Source of the DNA: Candidatus Enterocloster faecavium
GTDB taxonomy: Bacteria > Bacillota > Clostridia > Lachnospirales > Lachnospiraceae
Length of the DNA: 55,905 bases
Assembly: GCA_019118585.1 (NCBI GenBank)
Contig: DWYS01000033.1
Location: forward strand, 1 to 55,905
Reading direction: 5' to 3'
Positions within the stretch are counted from its first letter, which is position 1, and every line of letters begins with the position of its first letter. This document shows positions 1 through 8,227 of this stretch, in pieces. The notes beneath the pieces are model-generated. The model saw only the letters and a program-made list of their open reading frames with translations. It did not search any database and was not told where the DNA came from. Position numbers and translations under genes: made by a program.

Positions 1-38
1 GTATTCCCAAAATGCCGCCTTTCAAGTGGCTGACTACC

Positions 39-67
39 ATTATAGCCGCATTTTTCGATAAAATCAA
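39..67 (-). promoter_or_regulatory. Sigma-A-type promoter pointing out of the left edge of the window
   Basis: Minus strand TTGATT-N17-TATAAT; the target gene lies beyond the window. Confidence 0.55.
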
Positions 68-180
68 ACAGATTTTTCCCACTTTTATGGGTATTTTTTA
101 CTGATTAACATAAAAATACAAGATATTGAAAGAAGGAAAATCCATCCCATCAATATCTTGTAAATCTCACAAAAAAAATT

Positions 181-705
181 TTAAAAGATCCAGGCGGAAA
201 ATATCGGATTTATAAGGATTTCAGCCCCGGCTCCACAGGCTGTAAAAAGGATCAGGAGGAGAAACGCCCCCAGACGCGCCCGTTTTTGTTCCCCTCCTGC
301 CCAGGAAGCCAAAAGCCACCAGACCACCCCGTAGATCAGCCATTGGGGAAACAGGCTCGCCAGAAATGCCGGAAGGCCCAAAATTCCTTTTCGGGCTGTC
401 AGCAGCGAAAGAGCCACCGCTGCTGACAATCCCCCATAGGCCGAGACCAGACAGAACAGCGGAATACTGCATACAGTCATTCCCATCAGCCATCCGGCTG
501 TCACCTGGAGCAGGCGGCACCGAAATACCCTGCCAAAAAGCGCCAGCGCCTCCCAGCCTCCCGGAATATTTGCCCGCCCCGTCTGACGCGCCTGCTCAAG
601 CACCACCGGCCACCCAAAAAAGCGGACCGCAGCCGTTCCAAGCAGAACGCCCAGCCCAAAGCTGAAAGCCAGCCAGTCCTGATACCTCCATCTTTTCACC
701 TGCAA
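181..705 (-). CDS. spoIIM: Stage II sporulation protein M-like membrane protein
   Basis: Hydrophobic 174-aa ORF with a 'FLASLFPQWLIY' segment like SpoIIM. Lies directly downstream of a NUDIX gene, as in Firmicute nudF-spoIIM synteny, and has a SigE-like promoter. Start codon uncertain (TTG 705 or GTG 699). Confidence 0.65.
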   Translation of the reverse strand: MQVKRWRYQDWLAFSFGLGVLLGTAAVRFFGWPVVLEQARQTGRANIPGGWEALALFGRVFRCRLLQVTAGWLMGMTVCSIPLFCLVSAYGGLSAAVALSLLTARKGILGLPAFLASLFPQWLIYGVVWWLLASWAGGEQKRARLGAFLLLILFTACGAGAEILINPIFSAWIF

Positions 706-738
706 AAGCAGCCACGACCTTTTAAGCCCTTTTAAAAC

Positions 739-767
739 ACTCTATGCTTCCGGGAAAGGGATTATGA
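739..767 (-). promoter_or_regulatory. SigE-type sporulation promoter
   Basis: Minus strand TCATAAT-N14-CATAGAGT matches the SigE consensus and spacing; spoIIM is SigE-dependent in Bacillus. Confidence 0.6.
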
Positions 768-1373
768 ACAGATGTCCAGCTCCTGGTCTCTTTTATCCAC
801 CGACCGGTACTTTCTGGCGTATGCCATGATCGCCGCGATGGTCTTTCCGTCGGTGATCTCGCCCTTGTAGATCATCTCTTCCAGGTCCTTCAAATCCCAG
901 GGCTCCACATTGATCACTTCATCCTCATCCAGATGCTGTCTGGACGGGATCAAATGATGCGCTACAAAAATATCGATGGCCTCATCGCAGAAGGCGACCG
1001 TGGTATTCAGGCTCATCAGATATTCCAGATGTTCTGCCCGAAAACCGGTTTCCTCCTCCAGTTCCCGGAAAGCACACTGGATCTTCGGCTCCGCCGGGTC
1101 ATCCAGCTTTCCCGCCGGAATTTCCAGAGTAAACCGGTCCAGGGCATTGCGGTACTGGCGGACCATGAGAATCCGCCCATCGTCCGCCACCGGCAGAACT
1201 GCCGCTGCTCCGTCATGGTGAATAAAATCCCAATGAGCCTTATGTCCGTTGGCCAGGACCACGTCCTCGTAAATTTTTAAAATATTTCCCTGATACTTCA
1301 GCTGCCGGTCCAGACGGACCACCGGAAGCTGCTCCTGACTCTGATCGTCCTTTTTTTCCTGATTGCCGTTCAT
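762..1373 (-). CDS. nudF: NUDIX hydrolase (ADP-ribose pyrophosphatase family)
   Basis: Nudix box GKLDDPAEPKIQCAFRELEEETG, plus 'VRQYR' and 'LDEDE' motifs typical of ADP-ribose pyrophosphatases. Confidence 0.85.
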   Translation of the reverse strand: MNGNQEKKDDQSQEQLPVVRLDRQLKYQGNILKIYEDVVLANGHKAHWDFIHHDGAAAVLPVADDGRILMVRQYRNALDRFTLEIPAGKLDDPAEPKIQCAFRELEEETGFRAEHLEYLMSLNTTVAFCDEAIDIFVAHHLIPSRQHLDEDEVINVEPWDLKDLEEMIYKGEITDGKTIAAIMAYARKYRSVDKRDQELDICS

Positions 1374-1393
1374 ACGCGTTTCCAGCTCCTTTT

Positions 1394-2191
1394 TTACTTA
1401 ATTTGTGTGCTCTTTTCATAGCAGGCATCGCAGGCCTTAATAAGAGCGCTCCTGAATCCCATCTCCTCCAGGGCCGACACTCCCTGAATGGTGGTTCCTC
1501 CCGGTGAGCACACCTCGTCCTTCAGCTGTTCCGGGTGCTTCCCGGTCTCCAGGACCATCTTGGCGCTCCCCAGAACTGCCTGGGCCGCCATCTGGCAGGC
1601 AGTGCTCCTTGGAAGGCCGTATTTTACACCGCCGTCTGCCAAAGCTTCGATCATCATGTAGATAAAGGCCGGCGAACTGCCGCTGACACATCCTACTGCG
1701 TTCATCAGCCGTTCTTCCACCACCGCGACCTTGCCGCAGGCCTCAAAAATGTTCTTCAGCTCCTGCTCCTCCTGCAAGGTCAGGCTGCCTTTCTCATAAG
1801 CCAGCCCTGTCATTCCCTCGCCCAGCATGGCCGGCGTGTTGGGCATAGCCCTGGCAAACCGCTTGTCATGGCCCAGCCGGTCCTTCAGAGAGCGGATGGT
1901 AATGCCGGGAGCCAGAGAAATGATCACCTGCTCCTGGCTGAGAACTCCCTCGATCTCTTGAAATACAGTCTCAAAATACTGAGGCTTTACCGCCAGGATC
2001 AGGTATTTGCATCTGGACGCACAGTCTGCGTTGGAGCTTCCATGGGGAACGCCGGTGCGGGCGCTCACCTCCTCCATCTTCTCTCTGTGAGCCGCCGTAA
2101 AGACCAGCTCCTCCTTCGGATAAATCTTCAGCAGTCCTTCCAATATGGCAGAACCCATGTTTCCCATTCCGATAAAACCAACTTTTGCCAT
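1394..2191 (-). CDS. proC: Pyrroline-5-carboxylate reductase
   Basis: GFIGMGNMG Rossmann motif, LAVKPQ, RAMPNTP, SGSSPAF, VCSPGGTT. Confidence 0.97.
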   Translation of the reverse strand: MAKVGFIGMGNMGSAILEGLLKIYPKEELVFTAAHREKMEEVSARTGVPHGSSNADCASRCKYLILAVKPQYFETVFQEIEGVLSQEQVIISLAPGITIRSLKDRLGHDKRFARAMPNTPAMLGEGMTGLAYEKGSLTLQEEQELKNIFEACGKVAVVEERLMNAVGCVSGSSPAFIYMMIEALADGGVKYGLPRSTACQMAAQAVLGSAKMVLETGKHPEQLKDEVCSPGGTTIQGVSALEEMGFRSALIKACDACYEKSTQIK

Positions 2192-2203
2192 TGTTCTCCT
2201 CCT

Positions 2204-3472
2204 CTAACGGTAATCCTTAAACAGCCCGCAGAAATCAAAGGTTGCGAAATAGTCGGACGGCGTTTCCGCCCGGCGGATCATCTCCACGGAACCATCCTCC
2301 TTCAGAAGGAGCTCCGCGGAACGCAGCTTTCCATTGTAGTTATATCCCATGGAAAAGCCGTGGGCACCTGTATCGTGTATTACCAGGAAATCCCCCATAT
2401 CGATCTTGGGAAGCATGCGGTCAATGGCAAACTTGTCATTGTTCTCGCACAGGGAGCCCACTACGTCATATTTATGGTCACAGGGCCAGTTTTCCTTTCC
2501 CATCACCGTGATATGGTGGTAAGCCCCATACATAGCCGGACGCATCAGGTTCACTGCGCAGGCGTCCACGCCGATGTATTCCTTGTAAATATGCTTTTCG
2601 TGAATCGCTTTTGTCACCAGGCAGCCGTAGGGAGCCAGCATAAACCGTCCCAGCTCCGTACACAGAGCCACATCTCCCATTCCGGCAGGAACCAGGACCT
2701 CTTCATAGACCTTGCGCACGCCCTCGCCGATCACGCCGATATCGTTTGGTTCCTGGTCCGGGCGGTAGGGAATTCCCACTCCTCCGGAAAGATTGATAAA
2801 GGCGATGTGAGCCCCTGTCTCCTCCTTCAGCTTCACTGCCAGCTCAAAAAGCTTTCTGGCCAAAAGGGGATAGTAGTCGTTGGTCACGGTATTGCTGGCC
2901 AAAAAGGCGTGGATGCCGAAACGCTTTGCCCCCTTGCTCTTTAAAATCTGAAACGCTTCAAAGATCTGCTCCGTGGTCATGCCGTATTTGGCATCTCCGG
3001 GATTGTCCATAATATCATTGCTGATCTTGAAAACCCCGCCCGGATTATAGCGGCAGCTGATGGTCTCCGGAATATAGCCAAGGGTTTCCTCCAGACACTG
3101 AATGTGGGTAAAATCGTCCAGATTGATGATAGCGCCCATTTCATTCGCATAGGCAAACTCCTCCGGCGGCGTATCGTTGGAAGAAAACATCACATCGGAG
3201 CCGGAAAAGCCGCAGGCTTTTGACATCATCAGCTCCGTCAGGGAAGAGCAGTCCGTACCGCAGCCGCACTCCTTCAAGATTTTCAGAATAAAGGGATTGG
3301 GCGTTGCCTTTACGGCAAAATACTCCTTAAATCCTTTGTTCCAGGAAAACGCCTCCCTCAGCCTTTTCGCATTTTCCCTGATCCCCTTCTCGTCATACAG
3401 ATGATAGGGAGTAGGATAGGTCTTCTCGATCTCTTTCAGCTGCTTTAGGGTAACAAATGGTTTCTTCTCCAT
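2204..3472 (-). CDS. lysA: Diaminopimelate decarboxylase
   Basis: PLP-lysine motif YFAVKA, plus NLSGG, GSLCENND, GAHGFSMGYNYN. Confidence 0.92.
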   Translation of the reverse strand: MEKKPFVTLKQLKEIEKTYPTPYHLYDEKGIRENAKRLREAFSWNKGFKEYFAVKATPNPFILKILKECGCGTDCSSLTELMMSKACGFSGSDVMFSSNDTPPEEFAYANEMGAIINLDDFTHIQCLEETLGYIPETISCRYNPGGVFKISNDIMDNPGDAKYGMTTEQIFEAFQILKSKGAKRFGIHAFLASNTVTNDYYPLLARKLFELAVKLKEETGAHIAFINLSGGVGIPYRPDQEPNDIGVIGEGVRKVYEEVLVPAGMGDVALCTELGRFMLAPYGCLVTKAIHEKHIYKEYIGVDACAVNLMRPAMYGAYHHITVMGKENWPCDHKYDVVGSLCENNDKFAIDRMLPKIDMGDFLVIHDTGAHGFSMGYNYNGKLRSAELLLKEDGSVEMIRRAETPSDYFATFDFCGLFKDYR

Positions 3473-3650
3473 AAATCCTTTTCATCCTTTCTTCGTGGTC
3501 GGACAAGGCTCCTCTGCCCTCCAGGTCCGCCTTGACATCATGCCCTCATGTCCGGAACGCATGCAAAAAGTCCGCCGGAGCACCTCCGGCGCCTACGGCA
3601 CCATTGTACTCCATGGCGGACTCCCTTGTCCAGTTATTCTTAAATTATTC

Positions 3651-3680
3651 GCAGCAGTTCACTGCGGCGTGAATCGCTGC
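3651..3680 (-). terminator. Hairpin immediately after the pyk stop codon (terminator or stability element)
   Basis: Imperfect inverted repeat GCAGCGATTCAC/GTGAACTGCTGC with only a weak U-tract. Confidence 0.4.
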
Positions 3681-3682
3681 CA

Positions 3683-5119
3683 TTACTCGATGGTCATAAC
3701 CCGCATAATATTGGTCTCTGTGGCCGCCTCATGGCGTCTGGCGTATGTCACCACACCGGCAGTGATCACCGTGGTGTCTCCAATGTGAACCAGACCGCGC
3801 TTTTTCAGCTCCTCCGCAGAGCTTTCGATCAGCTCATCGGTGGTATCCGCTCTTCTGGACCATACCGGAGTAACGCCCCACTGCAGCTGCATCTGGCGGA
3901 CGGTGGTCATACTGGGAGACATGCCGATAATAGTGGCGCTGGGTCTCCACTTGGAAAGCATGCGGGTGGTAAAGCCGCTGATGCTGGGCGCAATGATCGC
4001 TGCCGCATCCAGGTCATGGGCCGTAGATACGGACGCGAAGCATACAGCGTTGGAAACGTTCTTTGTATTGCTCTCGGAAACCTTGCGCAGACGGTAAGCC
4101 GCATAATCCAGATGGGACTCGGAATCCTCCACGATAGTGGCCATCATCTTCAGGGCCTCTACCGGATATTTGCCCATAGCGGTCTCTCCGGAAAGCATCA
4201 CTGCATCGGTGCCGTCATACACCGCGTTGGCCACATCCGTTACCTCTGCTCTGGTGGGACGGGGATTGCGGATCATGGAATCCAGCATCTGGGTAGCAGT
4301 AATAACCGTCTTGCATGCCTCATTGCACTTGCGGATAATGGTCTTCTGAATATAGGGGACCTTCTCCGGCGGGATTTCCACACCCATATCACCCCTGGCC
4401 ACCATGATGCCGTCACTGACCTCAATGATCTCGTCCAGGTTGTCGATTCCTTCTGCATTCTCAATCTTGGCAATGACTCTCATGTTGGAGCCGTGCTCCT
4501 CCAGAATCTCCTTGATCTCCCGGATGCAGTCCGCAGTCCGAACGAAGGAGGCTGCGATAAAATCAAATCCCTGACGGATTCCGAAGAGGATATCCTCCTT
4601 ATCCTTATCCGTAAGAGCCGGAAGCTTAATCTTCACGTTGGGCACATTGACCCCCTTCTTCTCGCCCAGCTCGCCGCCGTTTACGACTTTACAGACAATA
4701 TCCGTACCCTTAACTTCCACAACATCCAGCTCGATCAGGCCGTCGTCAATGAGAATCTTATTGCCCACAGCCACATCCTCATTCAGTCCGCTGTAATTGA
4801 TATGGGTAATGGTGTCATCCCCCACCACATCCCTGGTAGTCAGGGTAAAGGTCTGTCCTTCCTTTAAGGAAACCTTCTTTCCATCCTTTAAAAGTCCCGT
4901 ACGGATCTCCGGTCCCTTGGTATCCAGCAGAGCAGCCACCGGAATATCCAGTTCCTTGCGCACCTCCCGCAGAATCTCCAGACGCCCCAGATGCTCTTCG
5001 TAATCTCCATGGGAAAAATTAAACCGGGCCACATCCATGCCGTTTTTGACAAGCTCTCTCATAACATTCTTGTCATTGGTGTTGGGACCCATGGTACAAA
5101 TAATTTTTGTCTTCTTCAT
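3683..5119 (-). CDS. pyk: Pyruvate kinase
   Basis: KTKIICTMGP, ARFNFSHG, LDTKGPEIR, IAKIEN, MVARGDMGVE, TATQMLDSM. Confidence 0.98.
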   Translation of the reverse strand: MKKTKIICTMGPNTNDKNVMRELVKNGMDVARFNFSHGDYEEHLGRLEILREVRKELDIPVAALLDTKGPEIRTGLLKDGKKVSLKEGQTFTLTTRDVVGDDTITHINYSGLNEDVAVGNKILIDDGLIELDVVEVKGTDIVCKVVNGGELGEKKGVNVPNVKIKLPALTDKDKEDILFGIRQGFDFIAASFVRTADCIREIKEILEEHGSNMRVIAKIENAEGIDNLDEIIEVSDGIMVARGDMGVEIPPEKVPYIQKTIIRKCNEACKTVITATQMLDSMIRNPRPTRAEVTDVANAVYDGTDAVMLSGETAMGKYPVEALKMMATIVEDSESHLDYAAYRLRKVSESNTKNVSNAVCFASVSTAHDLDAAAIIAPSISGFTTRMLSKWRPSATIIGMSPSMTTVRQMQLQWGVTPVWSRRADTTDELIESSAEELKKRGLVHIGDTTVITAGVVTYARRHEAATETNIMRVMTIE

Positions 5120-5167
5120 TCTCTTCCTCCATTCCTGTGAATGTTCATCTGTCCTGAACAGTTGTCT

Positions 5168-6019
5168 TTATCTTTGAGAATCGGTATTTTGGGGCGTCTG
5201 CTCCAAATCCGATTTTTTAACATGTTTGTGCGTGTAAAGGTGGTCCATGCAGTATTCGTAATTGCCCTCGCACTTGGAGCAGTAGCGAAACTCCATTCCC
5301 GGACTGTCCTCATCCGTCCTTCCGCATACGGCACAGGTATGCCGCGCCCGGCTGACGGGACGCATCTGAACCTGAAAATCCCTCCTGCGCTTTATTTCCC
5401 TTGGACTGATCCTCCGGTAATTTCTGGTCATCAGGAAAAAGATCAGGAAGTTGGCCATCGTCATTCCGATTTCCACCTTGGTCCTGACGCCGCCGGTAAA
5501 GAACATCAGCACGTAGAAAAAGCCCTCAAAAGCCGCCAGCCATTTCGCCTTCACCGGAAGCACAAAATAGATAAAGAAGGTGTCATCGGGGAAGCTGACC
5601 GCGTAAGCGAAAAATACGGAAGCATTCAGGTAAGTGGTCGTCAGCAGCACTCTCTCATGAAACACCAGATAGAGCACCAGGGCTGCTGCCACATGGAACA
5701 GGATACCCATCAGGATATATACGTTAAAGCGGAAAGCTCCCCAGACCCGTTCCAGGGACCTTCCCAGGGAATAATACAGAAGAAATACGAAAACCGCAAA
5801 GAATAAACTGGTAGTAGGCGGATAGATGATGAAGGTGAAAATCCTCCAGATCTGGCCTCTCAGGATCATGGCTGCATCCAGACTCAGGTACATGGTATAA
5901 AAACCGGGAGCCAGATAGACAATTCCCAGGCCGATGAGATACAGCACAATAATATAGTACATCAGGTTATGAATGGCATACCGCCCGAACTTTCGTTCCA
6001 GTTTTTGGAAAAATCTCAT
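5168..6019 (-). CDS. Rhomboid-like/Derlin-like membrane protein with a C-terminal Cys/His zinc-finger
   Basis: 'GQIWRIFTF' WR motif and 'GRSLERVWG' motif of the rhomboid superfamily, about 6 TM segments, C-terminal CAVC..CSKC..CMDH..H cluster. Confidence 0.65.
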   Translation of the reverse strand: MRFFQKLERKFGRYAIHNLMYYIIVLYLIGLGIVYLAPGFYTMYLSLDAAMILRGQIWRIFTFIIYPPTTSLFFAVFVFLLYYSLGRSLERVWGAFRFNVYILMGILFHVAAALVLYLVFHERVLLTTTYLNASVFFAYAVSFPDDTFFIYFVLPVKAKWLAAFEGFFYVLMFFTGGVRTKVEIGMTMANFLIFFLMTRNYRRISPREIKRRRDFQVQMRPVSRARHTCAVCGRTDEDSPGMEFRYCSKCEGNYEYCMDHLYTHKHVKKSDLEQTPQNTDSQR

Positions 6020-6037
6020 TCTATCATCCTTTTTAAA

Positions 6038-6979
6038 TTAGAATAGGTCCTTTTTATTAAAAATATACGCCACAACCAGGGACAGCAGAATCGCAAGGCC
6101 CAGAACGATCAGAAATCCGAACGGACTGTCCGCAAAAGGCATTCCCTTGGAGTTCACGTTCATTCCATAGAAGCTGGCCACCATAGTGGGAATGGACATT
6201 ACAATGGTGACGGTAGCCAGAAATTTCATAACCGCATTTACATTGTTGGAAATAATGGAAGCGAAGGCATCCATGGTCCCGCTTAAAATCCCGCTGTAAA
6301 TGTTGGCCATCTCAATTGCCTGCTTATTCTCGATAATAACGTCTTCCAGAAGGTCTGTATCCTCCGGATATTTTTTCACCCGCTCAGTGCGCAGAAGCTT
6401 TTCCAACACCACCTCGTTTGATTTTAAGGAAGTAGTAAAATACACCAGCGACTTCTCCAGCTCCAGAAGCTCGATTAACTCCTCATTCTTCTGAGACTGA
6501 TGAAGCTTGCGCTCCACCACCTCGCTCTTCTTGTCAATGATCCGCAGGTACTGCAGATACTGGGTCGCGTTCCGGTACAGGATCTGAAGAATAAACCGGG
6601 TCTTCATAAAGGTATGAAAATCCCGGACCCTGCCGTCCATAAAAGAGGAAAGCACCGGCGTGTCCTCCAGGCAGACCGTGATCAGCACATCATTTGTGGT
6701 GATGATGCCCATGGGGATGGTAACAAACCAGTCCTTGCCGTTTCGTTCTTCAATAGAAGGAATATCCACCAATACCAGGGTGTAATTGTCCTCCACCTCA
6801 ATACGGGACCGTTCCTCCTCATCCAGAGGGGCCTTGATGTGATCCGGGTCAATCTGGCAGGCGTCCGCCACATCCATCACCTCAGAAGCGGTGGGATTGG
6901 TAAGCGCAATCCAGCATCCCGGCTGCATATCCGTCTTTTCATGCATCACTCCGTCTTCGGTTTTAAAAATGCGGATCAT
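6038..6979 (-). CDS. corA: CorA-family Mg2+ transporter
   Basis: YGMN signature followed by two C-terminal TM helices; long soluble N-terminal domain. Confidence 0.92.
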   Translation of the reverse strand: MIRIFKTEDGVMHEKTDMQPGCWIALTNPTASEVMDVADACQIDPDHIKAPLDEEERSRIEVEDNYTLVLVDIPSIEERNGKDWFVTIPMGIITTNDVLITVCLEDTPVLSSFMDGRVRDFHTFMKTRFILQILYRNATQYLQYLRIIDKKSEVVERKLHQSQKNEELIELLELEKSLVYFTTSLKSNEVVLEKLLRTERVKKYPEDTDLLEDVIIENKQAIEMANIYSGILSGTMDAFASIISNNVNAVMKFLATVTIVMSIPTMVASFYGMNVNSKGMPFADSPFGFLIVLGLAILLSLVVAYIFNKKDLF

Positions 6980-7014
6980 ACAAAATCTGCCCCCTTTCCG
7001 TCAATACCTTCTCA

Positions 7015-7043
7015 ATTATAGTGACTGCTTTCCTGTTTGTCAA
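7015..7043 (-). promoter_or_regulatory. Consensus sigma-A promoter for the corA-membrane protein-pyk run
   Basis: Minus strand TTGACA-N17-TATAAT, a perfect consensus 36 nt upstream of corA. Confidence 0.8.
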
Positions 7044-7269
7044 ATCCTATCCGGCGGGTTTTTTCAGCCTTCAAAAAAAATTCATATTCCGTTTACATGT
7101 TCTTTACTTTCATGTTTCGCTTTTATTCCCAAAAATTTCCGGACATTTGCTAAAGATGTATGAAAGCACTGAATCATACAGCATTTCCCATACTATGCCT
7201 TGACCTCCTGAATCCCGTCAATCTCCTAGTTGCGCTATATCAAATAACTTTCTGTCCCCCTGGAAAAAA

Positions 7270-7512
7270 TATGCCAATGCTGAGATCGCAGTTGACAGAC
7301 TGAACCAAGATTTCCCTGAAGCCTTAAAGCGTTCTATAATTCAATGGGCAGTACAGGGAAAGCTGATACCACAAGATCCATCTGATGAGCCTGCCGAGAC
7401 CCTTCTGAAGCGCATCAGAGCAGAAAAACAGTGATTGGTTAAAGAGGAAAAAATCAAGAAGGGCCAGCATGAATCTATCATTTTCAAACGTGAAACTTTC
7501 TATCATATTTAG
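7270..7512 (+). pseudogene. hsdS: Fragment of a type I restriction-modification specificity subunit
   Basis: Manual translation: YANAEIAVDRLNQDFPEALKRSIIQWAVQGKLIPQDPSDEPAETLLKRIRAEKQ*LVKEEKIKKGQHESIIFKRE. This matches the conserved HsdS spacer (LKKSILQ.A.QGKLVPQDP.DEPA..LL.RI). In-frame TGA at 7432-7434; no start codon. Confidence 0.8.
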
Positions 7513-7610
7513 GTAAAATTATTTTTACTTCCAACAGTAACCTGCAACTATCAGATCACAAAATTGCGACTATTTCAGCAAGAATCGCCCTGGTCCATAA
7601 AAAGCCGCAG

Positions 7611-7645
7611 AAATAGGTTGAATTTATCCTATTTTAGAATATAAT
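7611..7645 (+). promoter_or_regulatory. phd-doc promoter with an overlapping palindromic operator
   Basis: TTGAAT-N16-TATAAT; inverted repeat AAATAGG-N10-CCTATTT (7611-7634) covers the -35, typical of TA autorepression. Confidence 0.6.
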
Positions 7646-7675
7646 AAAAGTAACAAAAGCAAAGGAGGTTTCCCT

Positions 7676-7918
7676 ATGAATATCAATACAAACAATTTGG
7701 TCTCCATCACAGAGGCAAACCAGAACTTCTCCAAGGTGGCCCGCCTTGTAGATGAAAGCGGTGCGGTAATCATCTTAAAAAACAATGTCCCCCGCTACCT
7801 TGTCATGGAGTTTTCATCGGCTGAGCAGGAACAGTTTGCTGCTGATGAGGATGTCATGTCCATTTCCCGGCGTCTGATTGAAAAGAACCGTCAGGCCTAT
7901 GAGGTGCTAGCCAAATGA
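7676..7918 (+). CDS. Type II antitoxin, Phd/YefM family
   Basis: 'VSITEANQNFSKVARLVDE.GAVIILKNNVPRY' Phd fold; strong AAGGAGG RBS; ATGA overlap with the doc-like gene. Confidence 0.9.
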   Translation: MNINTNNLVSITEANQNFSKVARLVDESGAVIILKNNVPRYLVMEFSSAEQEQFAADEDVMSISRRLIEKNRQAYEVLAK

Positions 7919-8088
7919 TTCGGCTATCCAAATCACAGGTACTCCTAATCCACAACCAGTTAATTGCCGAAACCGGTGGTTCGCCCGGTCTGCGAGATGA
8001 AGGGATGCTGGACTCCGCGCTGAATACCCCGTTTCAAACCTTTGGAGGAGAAGATTTACTTCGCTGGGTTCTTTCACATCAGATTTAG
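7915..8088 (+). pseudogene. Truncated death-on-curing (Doc/Fic) toxin
   Basis: Manual translation MIRLSKSQVLLIHNQLIAETGGSPGLRDEGMLDSALNTPFQTFGGEDL then unrelated sequence and a stop (57 aa). This is a Doc N-terminus lacking the HPFxDGNKR catalytic motif. Confidence 0.85.
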
Positions 8089-8130
8089 CATCCTCTTAAT
8101 CAATTTTGCCCCCACATCCAAGAACATTTT

Positions 8131-8158
8131 CAGGGCCGGGTTTTCGCACCCGGCCCTG
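8131..8158. terminator. Intrinsic terminator hairpin between convergent genes
   Basis: Perfect 11-bp stem CAGGGCCGGGT/ACCCGGCCCTG. Confidence 0.65.
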
Positions 8159-8227
8159 TCCTTCTTCCTTTTTTTATCCTGTATCCTTAAAAGTGTTCCC
8201 TGCTTTTCGTTCCCGTATCCTGGACCC

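Noticed and set aside
1535-2944. 469-aa plus-strand ORF
   Set aside because: Antisense shadow of proC/lysA arising from codon bias; no RBS or recognisable motifs.
3473-3682. Canonical lysine (L-box) riboswitch upstream of lysA
   Set aside because: Conserved L-box core motifs were not found by eye; reported only as an unclassified structured leader.
6980-7200. M-box (Mg2+) riboswitch upstream of corA
   Set aside because: A consensus promoter sits only ~36 nt from the start codon, leaving no room for the aptamer.
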